Counted from the stretch's first letter, positions 24,170-35,083 are shown. The stretch: 63,203 nt of DNA from a virus (IMGVR_UViG_3300027969_000101:1-63203); one strand, 5' to 3'. Numbers and translations are program-made. Notes: a model not told the origin generated them from the sequence alone.

Positions 24170-24905
24170 AGTTGCGGTAATTACCGGTGGGTCGGGCCAA
24201 CTCGGATCTGCAATATCTTATGCCCTTGCACATCGCGGAGTTCAAATTGTATCCCTTGTTAGAAAAAATTTAACTATCGCACAGTCTATGTTAGATCAGT
24301 TGCCAAACTCAGAATTAGGACACATTGCGATACTGGCATCGGTCACTGATTCTGGATCTTTAAAAGAAGCCGCTGCACTAGTAAATTTAAAAATTGGAAG
24401 GTGTGATATTCTTATAAACAATGCTGGCAGAAATGCTCCAAGACCTGCAACTTTAGAAGGGTTAACAGATGATATGATTGATGATATCATTGATACGAAT
24501 ATTAAAGGAACAATCTTAACCACAAGAGAATTTTTAAATTTATTAAAAAAATCAAACGATTCAGTCATTATTAATATTTCTTCTGCATCAGGGAATAGGC
24601 CTTCAAGAGCTAATCCGTTGTATGCAGCATCAAAGGGTGCGGTCGACGTATTAACAAAGGCGTTGGCCAATTTCCTTGCTCCGGAAATAAGAGTAATTGC
24701 CGTTGCTCCAGCATGGTTGCCACTTCCTGTTTCCGGTATAACTCAAAAACGTACTCCTGAACAAGAAGAATTTGTTAAAAAAACTATACCTCTACAAAAA
24801 ATTTCAACAGCACAGGATGTAGCAGAGGTCGTAGAAACTATTGTTTTTGGAATGAAACAACTGACTGGGTGTGTTATACCAGTGGACGGCGGAGTCACTA
24901 TATGA
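24156..24905 (+). CDS. Short-chain dehydrogenase/reductase
   Basis: TGGSGQLG, NNAG, YAASK. Confidence 0.93.
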   Translation: MTQNKVAVITGGSGQLGSAISYALAHRGVQIVSLVRKNLTIAQSMLDQLPNSELGHIAILASVTDSGSLKEAAALVNLKIGRCDILINNAGRNAPRPATLEGLTDDMIDDIIDTNIKGTILTTREFLNLLKKSNDSVIINISSASGNRPSRANPLYAASKGAVDVLTKALANFLAPEIRVIAVAPAWLPLPVSGITQKRTPEQEEFVKKTIPLQKISTAQDVAEVVETIVFGMKQLTGCVIPVDGGVTI

Positions 24906-25780
24906 GCACAATTATAACTTGTGCTATTACAGGAGCAGTTACTTCTAGAGAACAAACACCTTATCTGCCTGTTAGTCCCGAAGAAATAGCTGTATCGAGT
25001 CTAGAAGCGGCCGAGGCAGGAGCTTCCGTAGTCCATATTCATGTTAGGGATCCTAAAACATCATTACCATCGATGGATGTTGAATACTATAGAGATACCG
25101 TAGATAGAATTAAAAAAGAAAACAATAGAGTGATAATCAATCTTACAACTGGGCCGGGAGCATACTATCTACCTAGTATGACTAATCTTGCACAGGGTGC
25201 TCCTTCATCTTTATTACTAATGCCAGATAAGCGTGTAGAACATGTAGAGTTAATACGTCCGGACATTTGTTCAATAGATTTTAATACTATGCATCAAGCC
25301 GGTGATGGTATAAGAATAAATCATAGACGAATAACTAGAGAAATGGTAAAACGTGTACAAGCAGTTGGATGTAAACCAGAATTAGAAATTTTTGATAGCG
25401 GAGACTTCCATATTGCACAAGAGTTTGTAGCAGATGGTACTATTGAAAGCCCGCCACTATGGCAGTTTGCTATGGGTATCAAATACGGTTGGTCAGCTAG
25501 TCCAGAAACACTAGACTATGCTCGTAGGCAATTACCTGCAGGAGCAGTTTGGTCAGCATTTGGTATAGGACGGATGGAAATGCCTCTAGTAGCACAAAGT
25601 TGGTTATATGGCGGTCATGTTCGTGTAGGATTAGAAGATAACATATATCTTGAAAAAGGAGTCCTAGCAAAAACAAATGCCGAACTTGTAGCTAAAGCAG
25701 TGAGAATAATAAAAGATCTCGGGGGGCAGGTGGCCGACTGCCAAGAGTCTAGACAAATACTTAATTTATATCAAAGATAA
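24902..25780 (+). CDS. Beta-keto acid cleavage enzyme (BKACE/DUF849, Kce-like)
   Basis: IITCAITGA..AGASVVHIHVRD..PELEIFD..GGHVRVGLEDN. Confidence 0.92.
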   Translation: MSTIITCAITGAVTSREQTPYLPVSPEEIAVSSLEAAEAGASVVHIHVRDPKTSLPSMDVEYYRDTVDRIKKENNRVIINLTTGPGAYYLPSMTNLAQGAPSSLLLMPDKRVEHVELIRPDICSIDFNTMHQAGDGIRINHRRITREMVKRVQAVGCKPELEIFDSGDFHIAQEFVADGTIESPPLWQFAMGIKYGWSASPETLDYARRQLPAGAVWSAFGIGRMEMPLVAQSWLYGGHVRVGLEDNIYLEKGVLAKTNAELVAKAVRIIKDLGGQVADCQESRQILNLYQR

Positions 25781-25805
25781 AAAAAGGGTCCTTAGGACCC
25801 TTTTT
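25779..25805. terminator. Bidirectional terminator
   Basis: A-run GGGTCC-TTA-GGACCC T-run between convergent genes. Confidence 0.8.
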
Positions 25806-25819
25806 AATTAATCAAAAAA

Positions 25820-26764
25820 TTATTTTGATTGGATTTTGCTTACTAAGCCTGGTGTAAAATAATTTTCAAACTTAGTGTAAACTACTTCAGTTGCTTTGGC
25901 AAAACGAGCTTGTTCAACTTCGCTCATTTTAATAACTTCAATGCCATCAGCTTCTGCACGAGCTTGTACCAATGCAATGTCTGCAATGCTTAAAGTACGC
26001 TCAAAACGTGCGGCAGCTTTTGCGCTTTCAGAAACAATATCTTGTAAGTCGCTGTCTAATGAATTCCAGAAGTCAGTACCAATCAAAATAGTTGTTAAGA
26101 ACAAGCTGTGTTCTGTATGGTTAATAACTTTAGAAACTTTGTTATGTCCTAGTGCATATACACGTGGGTATGTGCTTTCACCAACTGTCACATTAGCAGA
26201 ACCTAAGTTCTCTGATAGTTCTTCAAGTTCCATCGGAACAACATCTGCACCTAATGTACGGAATGTTTCAATAGCAACTGGGCTATGGCTTGTACGTACT
26301 TTCATGCCACGTAGGTCTTCAATCTTAGCAACTGTCTCGTTACCTGGAATAATACGGAAGCCACCTGAGTATGTAAATGCTAGGCCTTTAACTTTACGAT
26401 TTTCTTGTAAGCTGTCTAACAACTGTTTGCCAACTTCGCCTTCGAATACACGGCTTGCGTGATCGTGACTCTTAAACAAGAATGGTAAATCTAACGCAAA
26501 GAAGTCTTTGTTAAGTTTACCTAATGTAATTGTGTAGGTCTGTGACATTTCGATATCACCAGCGTCTAGTAAGTCAACAAGATCATGCTTACCTACAACA
26601 ACGCCATTGTTATACTTTTCAGCGTATTCACTCATAGTCATAACTTCAATTTCAAGTTGACCAGGTGCTCTAGTGTTTACTTCTTCAGCAAATACTTTGG
26701 CAGCACGGATAAACAACTCGATCGGTTCATGTGCTAGAACCCATTTTACGTGTTTTTTGCTCAT
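25820..26764 (-). CDS. TRAP transporter DctP-like substrate-binding protein lacking a signal peptide
   Basis: LDLPFLF, GFR, DLRGMKVR, LGADVVPM; GGAG RBS. Confidence 0.8.
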   Translation of the reverse strand: MSKKHVKWVLAHEPIELFIRAAKVFAEEVNTRAPGQLEIEVMTMSEYAEKYNNGVVVGKHDLVDLLDAGDIEMSQTYTITLGKLNKDFFALDLPFLFKSHDHASRVFEGEVGKQLLDSLQENRKVKGLAFTYSGGFRIIPGNETVAKIEDLRGMKVRTSHSPVAIETFRTLGADVVPMELEELSENLGSANVTVGESTYPRVYALGHNKVSKVINHTEHSLFLTTILIGTDFWNSLDSDLQDIVSESAKAAARFERTLSIADIALVQARAEADGIEVIKMSEVEQARFAKATEVVYTKFENYFTPGLVSKIQSK

Positions 26765-26819
26765 TGTTAATTCTCCAATATTTAACGTTAAATTTGTGTA
26801 GGTCATGACTCCTACACGT

Positions 26820-27080
26820 TTATTTATCGTTTTGGGTTTCAGAGGAGTTATCTGCTACTTTCTTACCCCAATCTGTTGCATTCCAACCGCGCTCATGGAA
26901 GAAGTAAAGTATGCTGTTTACTACAAGAGCAAAGCTAACAACACCTAATCCGACCATCCAGCTACCGCTTGCTAACCAGCCACCAACAAAGTTAGTAATA
27001 GTTACTAGAATACGCCAAGTAATAACTTTAGCTACTGAGCGTGGAATCCGTTCTTGAAATTTAGTTTTAAAGTTTAACAT
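26820..27080 (-). CDS. DUF2061-like small membrane protein
   Basis: RSVAKVITWR...YFFHERGW. Confidence 0.8.
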   Translation of the reverse strand: MLNFKTKFQERIPRSVAKVITWRILVTITNFVGGWLASGSWMVGLGVVSFALVVNSILYFFHERGWNATDWGKKVADNSSETQNDK

Positions 27081-27090
27081 TTTTTTCCTG

Positions 27091-28002
27091 TTAGTTTAAA
27101 TTATTCCATGTACTTTCATAGAATTTTTTAGTATCAGTGCTTGTCAATAAAAAATTAAGTAATACGTCTTTTTCAACAAACACCATATGTTCCCTTTTTG
27201 TTTCATTATTTAAGTTTGCTAACCACGGGATATTTTCAAATCCGGCAAATTTAGGAAAGTAAAATAACTCATCTCCCCAGTGTTTAGCGTACAATAAAGG
27301 TTTTACATAAAACTCATATCGAAATACATCGTGTAATGGTTCCCCTCTACGGGTAATAGTTGGGTCGTTATAAAATTGCCAACTCTTTAAAAAATAATCA
27401 ATTACTTCGTCGCTGATGACACTTGCAAAATATTCGCCAGTGCTACCAAACGATTTAATGTTGCCCGTTCTTTGTATTTTAGACAACAACTGGATTCTTG
27501 ATATCTCAGGATCGTAAAAACTATGATACAAATAATGTTTACCACTAGATTTTTTAGTTACAAACCATGGAGTATGTACTTGTATTATATCGTGTTCTTT
27601 TGGCATTTGATTAACAAACAAGTAATGTAAAGCATGGTGAGGATTTGTGTCATGTGCGTTAGCTAAATGCAAACATTCGTCTCTGTTTTTCTCTGGATCG
27701 ATTTCTATAATGTTAGTTTTAAAACTGTACTTACGCTCAATAGTTTTCAAATTTTCAAATTCAGAATCATTAAATCCCTTAAGATGCATAAAGTAGCAGT
27801 CTATAGGAATGCCCTGAGATTTAAAACTATGGAGTGCAGTTTGGCTGTCAAGCCCTGAGCTTAGACATAAAATAAGTTTATTGTTAATAGCATATAATCT
27901 TTGCGCTTCGAGATCGGACTCGTGTCGAATGTTAGTAGGTGGGCAAGTACACCCACTATACTCAACATAGAACCTATTATCTTCAAATCCATAATCCATC
28001 AT
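27091..28002 (-). CDS. PP-loop protein, paralog of 17497-18441
   Basis: YGFEDNRFY N-terminus, LSSGLDS. Confidence 0.6.
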   Translation of the reverse strand: MMDYGFEDNRFYVEYSGCTCPPTNIRHESDLEAQRLYAINNKLILCLSSGLDSQTALHSFKSQGIPIDCYFMHLKGFNDSEFENLKTIERKYSFKTNIIEIDPEKNRDECLHLANAHDTNPHHALHYLFVNQMPKEHDIIQVHTPWFVTKKSSGKHYLYHSFYDPEISRIQLLSKIQRTGNIKSFGSTGEYFASVISDEVIDYFLKSWQFYNDPTITRRGEPLHDVFRYEFYVKPLLYAKHWGDELFYFPKFAGFENIPWLANLNNETKREHMVFVEKDVLLNFLLTSTDTKKFYESTWNNLN

Positions 28003-28132
28003 ATACTTATTAAGCCCCAGGTAAATAATCGATGAAACTGACAAACTTAGCCTACGCTAAATTAAATATACTTATTAAGCCCCAGGTAAATAATCGATGA
28101 AACTGACAAACTTAGCCTACGCTAAATTAAAT
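28001..28132. repeat. Exact 65-bp tandem duplication
   Basis: ATATACTTATTAAGCCCCAGGTAAATAATCGATGAAACTG...AAATTAAAT occurs at 28001 and 28066. Confidence 0.9.
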
Positions 28133-28939
28133 TTAGAATTTGATAGGGAAGAATTTACACAAGAATACGACAAAGTAATAATCCCTCTATCCAAACGGCG
28201 AGCCAATTTTTACGATCATATGTTAGAAACCCGCGAGTTAAACAAGGTGTGGGGAATGGTTCCTGACGAGATTTATGATCAATCTGATTGCATTAAACTT
28301 ACAAATCAGACAAAGCAATTTGTACAAGGTACACATCGTAGCTGGCTTGCATATCAAATGCTAGAGATTGCTAATGTTGACACAATTGTTGATATAGCAA
28401 CACTTACTTCTAAATCTCTAGTTGAATCTATCAAAAATAAAGATTGGGTTGCATCAAGAATGTCAACTTTAGATGCTGAGTATAAGTTAAAAGATGAGTG
28501 TAAGGATTTAAAAATAGTTAAATGGATCTATGAAAATTTACCTTTTTCTAAACTAAACAGTATATCGTGTATTGCTCTACAACCGAATAGCTTCAGCGTT
28601 ATACACCGAGATCGATTCTACCAAAAAACTGAAATTAATCCTGTACATAACATCATTGCAAGGAAAGGATATATTATTATCAATATTAATATAACTGACG
28701 GTGGGTCACCTCTGTGGTGGTCATTAGATAACGACATGGTAAAAACCCCGTTTAAAGCCTACGATAAAGTTTTTTTAACTAATGATCATTTTTTACATGG
28801 AGTATCTCTTTGTTCTAGCACCCGGCGTCAAATACGTGTTTGCGGCAAGCCGACTGATAATTTTCTAAAGTTGCTTGATTCTAACACAATTATTGACCTA
28901 GGCAATGATTATAATTACAGCAACAAAATAATCATATAA
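28097..28939 (+). CDS. 2OG-Fe(II)/cupin-like protein
   Basis: IHRD..FLHGV..RRQIRV. Confidence 0.5.
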   Translation: MKLTNLAYAKLNLEFDREEFTQEYDKVIIPLSKRRANFYDHMLETRELNKVWGMVPDEIYDQSDCIKLTNQTKQFVQGTHRSWLAYQMLEIANVDTIVDIATLTSKSLVESIKNKDWVASRMSTLDAEYKLKDECKDLKIVKWIYENLPFSKLNSISCIALQPNSFSVIHRDRFYQKTEINPVHNIIARKGYIIININITDGGSPLWWSLDNDMVKTPFKAYDKVFLTNDHFLHGVSLCSSTRRQIRVCGKPTDNFLKLLDSNTIIDLGNDYNYSNKIII

Positions 28940-28963
28940 ATACAAGAGAACTGGAGAATTACT

Positions 28964-29341
28964 ATGGCAAATATTGTTATTGTTACACTTACTAAAAAGT
29001 GGCCCGATGCTGAATCATATACTCAGCAATACGAGGAGATTGGCGGAGGATTGGCGCCCGTCGTAGATCATATTACAGAAAATTATTCACGCACTGGAAA
29101 AATGCTTGAGAGAGTGTTTACTGAAGATCCTGAAGCACTAACTCGTACCACAAGAACTATGTTCTCTGATGATGATGCTCGAAAAGAATACACAGCTGAT
29201 CCTGTTGTTGCTGAGCGAACACTAGTTATGAAACAACACGCAAAAAGCAAAGGCGTTAAAGCAGAGTGGATATGTCGTGAAATGGACGGTGGCGAAACTA
29301 TCCGCCAGTGGAAAGGCGACTGGCTAGAGGGTGTTGAATGA
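28964..29341 (+). CDS. Hypothetical protein
   Basis: TAAATA motif and GGAG RBS. Confidence 0.6.
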   Translation: MANIVIVTLTKKWPDAESYTQQYEEIGGGLAPVVDHITENYSRTGKMLERVFTEDPEALTRTTRTMFSDDDARKEYTADPVVAERTLVMKQHAKSKGVKAEWICREMDGGETIRQWKGDWLEGVE

Positions 29342-29348
29342 GGATTAA

Positions 29349-30221
29349 ATGAAGTTTTTAAAAAATAACTACTTACGCACAGTAGGGAACGGTCCAACAT
29401 TTAACGTTGAAATAGATCCTCCAAGTAATAAAACTGCTAACTATCATCAAGTATCAAAACAAGTAGCAGAACAAGTTTACGAAAATAAACAAGGGAAGTT
29501 GTACTTAATGTACAGCGGAGGAGTCGATAGCGAGTATGCATTAAACATATTCCTGTCTTTAGGTATTGATATAACCCCTGTTATCATCAAGCTAACTCCT
29601 AATTATAACATTCACGATATACAATATGCTTTAGATTTTTGTCAAAATAAAAATCTAAAGCCCTTAATAATCGATATCGACTTTGACGATTTCATCAAAT
29701 CAGGAAAATGTATAGAAATTGCATTAGCCTCAAAGTGCGCCGCATTTCAGCTAACGCCTACTTTCTATGGTGTTAGTCAGCTTGACGGAACTGTAGTAAT
29801 GGGAAGTCACGGACCTCCGCATATGAAAAAACTAGATAGCGGTGAATGGGTTGTTGATGAGCTAGAAATATTTCATAGTGTTTTAACGCACTTTGAAGTT
29901 AATAAAATACACGGGTGTCCTTTTTTCCTAGCGCATACCCCAGAGCAATACTTATCATTTTTATTGCATCCTATAATGCAGGATCTTGCAAATAATAAGA
30001 TTCCCGGAAAGTTAGGTAACCATTCTACTAAAGGCCTTGTGTTTAATCAACTTAGCGGATTTGAATTACAACGTAGACCAAAGTATACAGGATATGAAAC
30101 TATCGAGTCAGCAGAAATTTTTAAACACGAAAACATAAAATGGTTTGATACTGTTAAAGATAAATGGTGGGGAATTTACGAAGAAAACTATTTTGACCTA
30201 ATAGCAAGGCTACAAAAATAA
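29349..30221 (+). CDS. PP-loop protein
   Basis: MYSGGVDS. Confidence 0.6.
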   Translation: MKFLKNNYLRTVGNGPTFNVEIDPPSNKTANYHQVSKQVAEQVYENKQGKLYLMYSGGVDSEYALNIFLSLGIDITPVIIKLTPNYNIHDIQYALDFCQNKNLKPLIIDIDFDDFIKSGKCIEIALASKCAAFQLTPTFYGVSQLDGTVVMGSHGPPHMKKLDSGEWVVDELEIFHSVLTHFEVNKIHGCPFFLAHTPEQYLSFLLHPIMQDLANNKIPGKLGNHSTKGLVFNQLSGFELQRRPKYTGYETIESAEIFKHENIKWFDTVKDKWWGIYEENYFDLIARLQK

Positions 30222-30769
30222 TGTATGCAGTTACTTGGATCCCAGGATCAGATAGCAAGCTAGATAGCATATTTGATTCTTTAAGAGGAGAACAATACCA
30301 AGATCGAACTCACCGGTTGTGGGGAAACTATAGCAAAGAAAATTTTAATTTTGCTGTAGCATTAACAATCTATTTTGAAAACGATGTTCCGTTACTATGC
30401 TCTAGTATTGCCGGCAGACCTTGTTGGCCGGAAAACATTTATCGTATTTTAAATCGAACATGGAAGCCTGCTAATAGATTAACTTGGCCAAATGGTGTTG
30501 GACAAAATTGGGCCATTACACTATCTAGTCAAATTAATTGGCTTAAAGAAAATACAGAATGTAAATTGTATTTTATTAGTAGACAAAAAGCTGGTTGGGA
30601 AGATTGGTGTATAAGAAGTTTTAAAAAACACGGACTAGAATTTAAAACAGATAACTATAAGTATCTAACTTGCCCTAACGAATGTGATTCTACATGCTGG
30701 CAGAAGATAATTTATAATGGCTCGGAGGAATTATTGTCGCAATGGAATCGTCAACAAAACAAATTATAA
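30221..30769 (+). CDS. Hypothetical protein (possibly GNAT-like)
   Basis: Coupled ORF in operon. Confidence 0.5.
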   Translation: MYAVTWIPGSDSKLDSIFDSLRGEQYQDRTHRLWGNYSKENFNFAVALTIYFENDVPLLCSSIAGRPCWPENIYRILNRTWKPANRLTWPNGVGQNWAITLSSQINWLKENTECKLYFISRQKAGWEDWCIRSFKKHGLEFKTDNYKYLTCPNECDSTCWQKIIYNGSEELLSQWNRQQNKL

Positions 30770-31560
30770 AAAACATGTTTACTATACCTAATCTCTTGGG
30801 TAGTGTTATACCTCTTCAAATATTTGGAGTATGGGCTCTTTATAAATTATTTGAAGGCTCTGCACCAAGCTGGTGGATATTTGCAACAATAGTTGGATAT
30901 ATTTGTATTAAAATTTTAGGTGTAACATCTTGCTACCATAAAATGTTAAGCCATAAAGGCTTTACAACTACAAAATTCATGCGAAGACTAATGCTGTGGT
31001 TTGCGTTAATATCCGGCCAGGGAAGTCCAATCTTTTGGGTGTTGGTTCACCGAGGATATCATCACAGGTATACAGACAAAGCAGGCGACCCGCATAGTCC
31101 AAAAGAAGGATTTTGGCATAGCTATGTTTTGTGGATGTTTAAACTTCAAGAAGGAAGTATGAATTCTAAATATGTTATTGAGCTTTTAAGAGACGATGAC
31201 TGTGTATTCATTCATAAACATTATATAAAATTGTTATGGGCTAGCCATCTAATAGTTGCGCTAATAAGTGTTGACCTGTGGCTGTATACTATGATGCTAC
31301 CTGCTTTCATTACGTTCCATAGCTACAGCATACAAACAAGTTTAGGTCACAATCTCAAATTAGGTTACACTAATTATAAATTAGATAACGATGCTGTTAA
31401 TTTACCCTGGTTATTTCCGTTCATTTTAGGAGAATGCTGGCATAACAATCACCATGAGGATCCGCAAAACCCTAACTATGGTGGAAGACGTTGGTGGGAA
31501 TTAGATCCTGGCTACTGGTTAATTAAACTTATTAGAACTGATCACCAATCACGTTCATAA
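30742..31560 (+). CDS. Membrane fatty-acid (delta-9-type) desaturase
   Basis: His boxes HKMLSH, HRGYHH, WHNNHH; GDPHSP; WWELD. Confidence 0.92.
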   Translation: MESSTKQIIKNMFTIPNLLGSVIPLQIFGVWALYKLFEGSAPSWWIFATIVGYICIKILGVTSCYHKMLSHKGFTTTKFMRRLMLWFALISGQGSPIFWVLVHRGYHHRYTDKAGDPHSPKEGFWHSYVLWMFKLQEGSMNSKYVIELLRDDDCVFIHKHYIKLLWASHLIVALISVDLWLYTMMLPAFITFHSYSIQTSLGHNLKLGYTNYKLDNDAVNLPWLFPFILGECWHNNHHEDPQNPNYGGRRWWELDPGYWLIKLIRTDHQSRS

Positions 31561-32795
31561 GTAGACATATAGTGTTTAATATAATCTTGTACACTAGGGT
31601 CATCAATACTTAATACGTTATAGTCACTGTCAATACCAAACCTTGCGTTAGGCCGTAGTTCAACAGGAACATTGCTAACATCTTGATGGAACATTATATT
31701 AGGAGCAAGGGATCCTAGTTTTAATTTAAAATAAAAATACCAATCATTTTTATCTAAATCATAAATGTACTTACGAGCGGCCATTTTATAAGTAGTAGCA
31801 CCTAGTCCAATCTTCTCACCATTATTGTTATTCACCATAGACCAACGTTGAAAATCATCCGTGCTACCCCAATTCATAGCCCAATCATTTATTACACTTT
31901 GGTAGTTTTGTCTATCACTTAAGAATACAGATGTTCTAATAGCACAACTAACCCATTTAGTATTAAACAATAACCACCAATAATAGTCATGCAAACTTAC
32001 AATAGGAACTGTTGCAGTTTGTATATTCTTTTCAAACTTATCATACCAAGATGCTCCTAGTTGTTTATTGCTAGGAATATTCCAGTGTTCGATAATCAAA
32101 TCTTTAAACTGCGAATAATGAATATCACTCGATGTCATCTTATTGCGTATACTAGACAAGTGTGTTTGTGACTCAGCAGATAAATTTTGTATATAGTATT
32201 CAAAGTTCTGTTGTAGCTCTAAGAATCCCATAGTGCCAAATAAGCAATCGCCCTCGTCTGCGGTAATGGGTCTGTACCCATCTGCAATTAGATTATCGTA
32301 CTTTGTTACAGAAGAGTCGTACATCTTAAAATTGCCCCAGATAAATTTTTTCCAAAAAGTTGGATTTTCAATCATTGAATATGAATTGGCACAAACTGCA
32401 ATATTTTTTAATTCTTCTTTAGACAAGTTCTTTATCAAGGCGGCCATTATAATAGTACTGTCAATACCTCCAGAGTACATAACAGCAAATTTTTGATTTT
32501 TAGAATTAATTAAACCTGCAATTTCTATCGCACGTTCGTCACATATTTGGCCATATGATTTATTAAAACTAGGATCATAAGATGGCATCTCAAACCCTGG
32601 CGGAATATCCTGTGGCCAAGGCATGGACCATTCTCCGTTTCGACTAACAAATCTCTGGGGCTTATAATATATTCCTAAATCAAGCATAAACTTCCCACCA
32701 CTTCCGGATTCTTGTCTAATGCTTTCCCAAAACTGTTCTTGATAGTAATTGTATGTAATACCGCTTAGGTATAATTTTTTATTTAAATCTAGCAT
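31542..32795 (-). CDS. Asparagine-synthase-like PP-loop protein
   Basis: MYSGGIDST, TADEGDCLFG. Confidence 0.6.
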   Translation of the reverse strand: MLDLNKKLYLSGITYNYYQEQFWESIRQESGSGGKFMLDLGIYYKPQRFVSRNGEWSMPWPQDIPPGFEMPSYDPSFNKSYGQICDERAIEIAGLINSKNQKFAVMYSGGIDSTIIMAALIKNLSKEELKNIAVCANSYSMIENPTFWKKFIWGNFKMYDSSVTKYDNLIADGYRPITADEGDCLFGTMGFLELQQNFEYYIQNLSAESQTHLSSIRNKMTSSDIHYSQFKDLIIEHWNIPSNKQLGASWYDKFEKNIQTATVPIVSLHDYYWWLLFNTKWVSCAIRTSVFLSDRQNYQSVINDWAMNWGSTDDFQRWSMVNNNNGEKIGLGATTYKMAARKYIYDLDKNDWYFYFKLKLGSLAPNIMFHQDVSNVPVELRPNARFGIDSDYNVLSIDDPSVQDYIKHYMSTYERDW

Positions 32796-33610
32796 TATGC
32801 TACCCACATTGTTTGTTGATTTTTATCTTTATCTAAGTTTCCAATGTTTCCTAAATCGTACAAATCTTTAGGTTGTTCTAATTGCATATTATAATAAAAA
32901 AATTGTCTAATTCCGGTTACTTCGCTTGAAGTATAACTTCTCCAAGAATTATGAATACGTTCTAATGCTTCTTCAACACTGTCTGATTCATATAATATTG
33001 TTTTAATTGAAGATTCAATGCCCTCATCGCTACTAGTTCCATCTACTCTAGCTATAAAGTCTTTAGGATATTCTCCATTGAAGAATGTATCAATATAGCT
33101 TCTTTGTGTAAATGAATTTCTAAAACATAGCGCGGCAGTTAGTGCGTGTACAACTCGTAAACTAAACAAAGCATACTCTTGTAGTTTTAATAACATTGCT
33201 TTGCGATCTGGCTCTTGGAATTCTTCAGGCCATCCTCTATGCACCATCATATTGGGTTTAATCTTCATAGCAATAGTTGATTGTCTGTGGGCATACACTA
33301 TGGGGCCACCGTACTGCTTATCAACCATTTTATGTGAGGTTGTAAATTCTAAGCAATTTGAATTATCCATATCGGGAGTTACCTGATCTAAGATATAAAC
33401 AACGTTAGAACACTTCGACGATAATATTCTCCCCGTTTCAAATACTATCCACGGATCATAGCTATCTACTAAGAAAAATCGATCTATGCCCGGAGAAAAT
33501 AAGACGTAACTATTTTTCTTGCCCCAACTCATTGGATAATAAGTTTGGTGAAAGCCGGCATCGCCCGACATCCATGGTTTGTCTGATTCTGGTAAAGGAG
33601 TATGGCTCAT
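32795..33610 (-). CDS. Hypothetical protein coupled to PP-loop gene
   Basis: AGGA RBS; stop/start overlap. Confidence 0.55.
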   Translation of the reverse strand: MSHTPLPESDKPWMSGDAGFHQTYYPMSWGKKNSYVLFSPGIDRFFLVDSYDPWIVFETGRILSSKCSNVVYILDQVTPDMDNSNCLEFTTSHKMVDKQYGGPIVYAHRQSTIAMKIKPNMMVHRGWPEEFQEPDRKAMLLKLQEYALFSLRVVHALTAALCFRNSFTQRSYIDTFFNGEYPKDFIARVDGTSSDEGIESSIKTILYESDSVEEALERIHNSWRSYTSSEVTGIRQFFYYNMQLEQPKDLYDLGNIGNLDKDKNQQTMWVA

Positions 33611-33667
33611 AAGTGTCCTGTTGTATTAAAAATATATTTATATGCGCATATTAATCATAAATAATTT

Positions 33668-35083
33668 ATGTTAGAGACAATTACAAATATTGGCAAAACT
33701 ATCGACTTATATGCCGGGCCATCAAAAGTTGCAATAATCGACCTTAGCCATCCTGAGCCAAAATCAATAACTTACCAGGAACTTGATAACATGGCCGATG
33801 CTGTTGCCCGTGTGCTGTCTAGTCAAGGAATACAAATTGGTAACAAGGTCGCTATGCTGGCCGATAACTCAATAGAATATGTGGCAACATTTTTTGGAAT
33901 TATGAGAATAGGTGCAATACCGGTACTTATTAATAATAAATTAACACCGGAGCAAATATCTTTTATTGTAAATGAATCAGAATCAAAACTAGTCCTAACT
34001 AAATTTGATGAGTATCTAGATTACGGTGGATTTGAAACATACCAGCCCAACGAAGAAGACCCTGCATTTTTATTATATACTTCCGGTTCTTACGGTGATC
34101 CAAAAGGTGCAGTATTAACCCACAAGAGACACGCTTGGTCTATTTTACGATATACAACTAATGATAAAGCATGGAGCTCTAAAAGAATTACTTTAATATC
34201 AGCACCTTTATATCATGCTAACGGATTAACAACTTTAGAAGGATCCATTGCGGGACATTCTACAATAGTGTTATTACCAAAGTTTGATGCCCAGATTTGT
34301 TTACAATCTATAGAAAAATATAAAATTAATACTATCTACGGTATCCCAACTATGCTTGCTATGATGATGCAAGAATCCAATATAAGTGATTTTAATTTAA
34401 CATCAGTTAGACAAATTCGATTAGCATCATCTCCTATGAGTCAAAAATTAATTGATAATATTAATCGATATTTCCCTAATACTATCATTACTAACAATTA
34501 CGGAATTACAGAAGTAGGGCCTGGATTGTTTGGAGCGCACCCGGACAACTTACCCCGACCCCCCGCTAGTGTAGGCTATCCGTATCCGGGTATTGAGTAT
34601 CGGTTAGTCAACGGTATATTAGAAATTAAAAGTCCTAGCATGATGACTTCGTACTACAAACGAGAAAACCCATCAATCACTAAGGATGGATTCTTTATTA
34701 CCAATGACCTTTTTGAAGTAGACCAACACGGGTTTTACTATTTCAAAGGCAGGGCAGATGATATGTTTAAATGCGGAGGGAATAGTGTTTATCCAAGCCA
34801 AGTTGAAAAACTTCTTGAAAAGCATCCAAGTGTTGCTTCTGCGTTCGTTCTAGGGTTGCCTGATGATATCAAAGGATACAGGCCTTATGCCTTTGTTATT
34901 TTAGAAAGAGGTTCTACCACAACGGAAGAAGAACTAAAAGAGTATACTTTACAGAACGGCCCTGCTTACCAGCATCCGAGACGTGTATGGGTTGTTGACA
35001 GTTTTCCTTTGGCAGGAACTAATAAAATTAATAAAAAAGAATTAGAAAATATAGCTGTTAGTTTGTTAGCCAATCAGAAATAA
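33668..35083 (+). CDS. Acyl-CoA synthetase / ANL adenylate-forming enzyme
   Basis: YTSGSYGDPKG, YGITE, GRADD, GTNKINK. Confidence 0.92.
   Translation: MLETITNIGKTIDLYAGPSKVAIIDLSHPEPKSITYQELDNMADAVARVLSSQGIQIGNKVAMLADNSIEYVATFFGIMRIGAIPVLINNKLTPEQISFIVNESESKLVLTKFDEYLDYGGFETYQPNEEDPAFLLYTSGSYGDPKGAVLTHKRHAWSILRYTTNDKAWSSKRITLISAPLYHANGLTTLEGSIAGHSTIVLLPKFDAQICLQSIEKYKINTIYGIPTMLAMMMQESNISDFNLTSVRQIRLASSPMSQKLIDNINRYFPNTIITNNYGITEVGPGLFGAHPDNLPRPPASVGYPYPGIEYRLVNGILEIKSPSMMTSYYKRENPSITKDGFFITNDLFEVDQHGFYYFKGRADDMFKCGGNSVYPSQVEKLLEKHPSVASAFVLGLPDDIKGYRPYAFVILERGSTTTEEELKEYTLQNGPAYQHPRRVWVVDSFPLAGTNKINKKELENIAVSLLANQK

Noticed and set aside
25896-26462. 188-aa plus-strand ORF and similar antisense ORFs
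   Set aside because: Antisense shadows of well-supported genes
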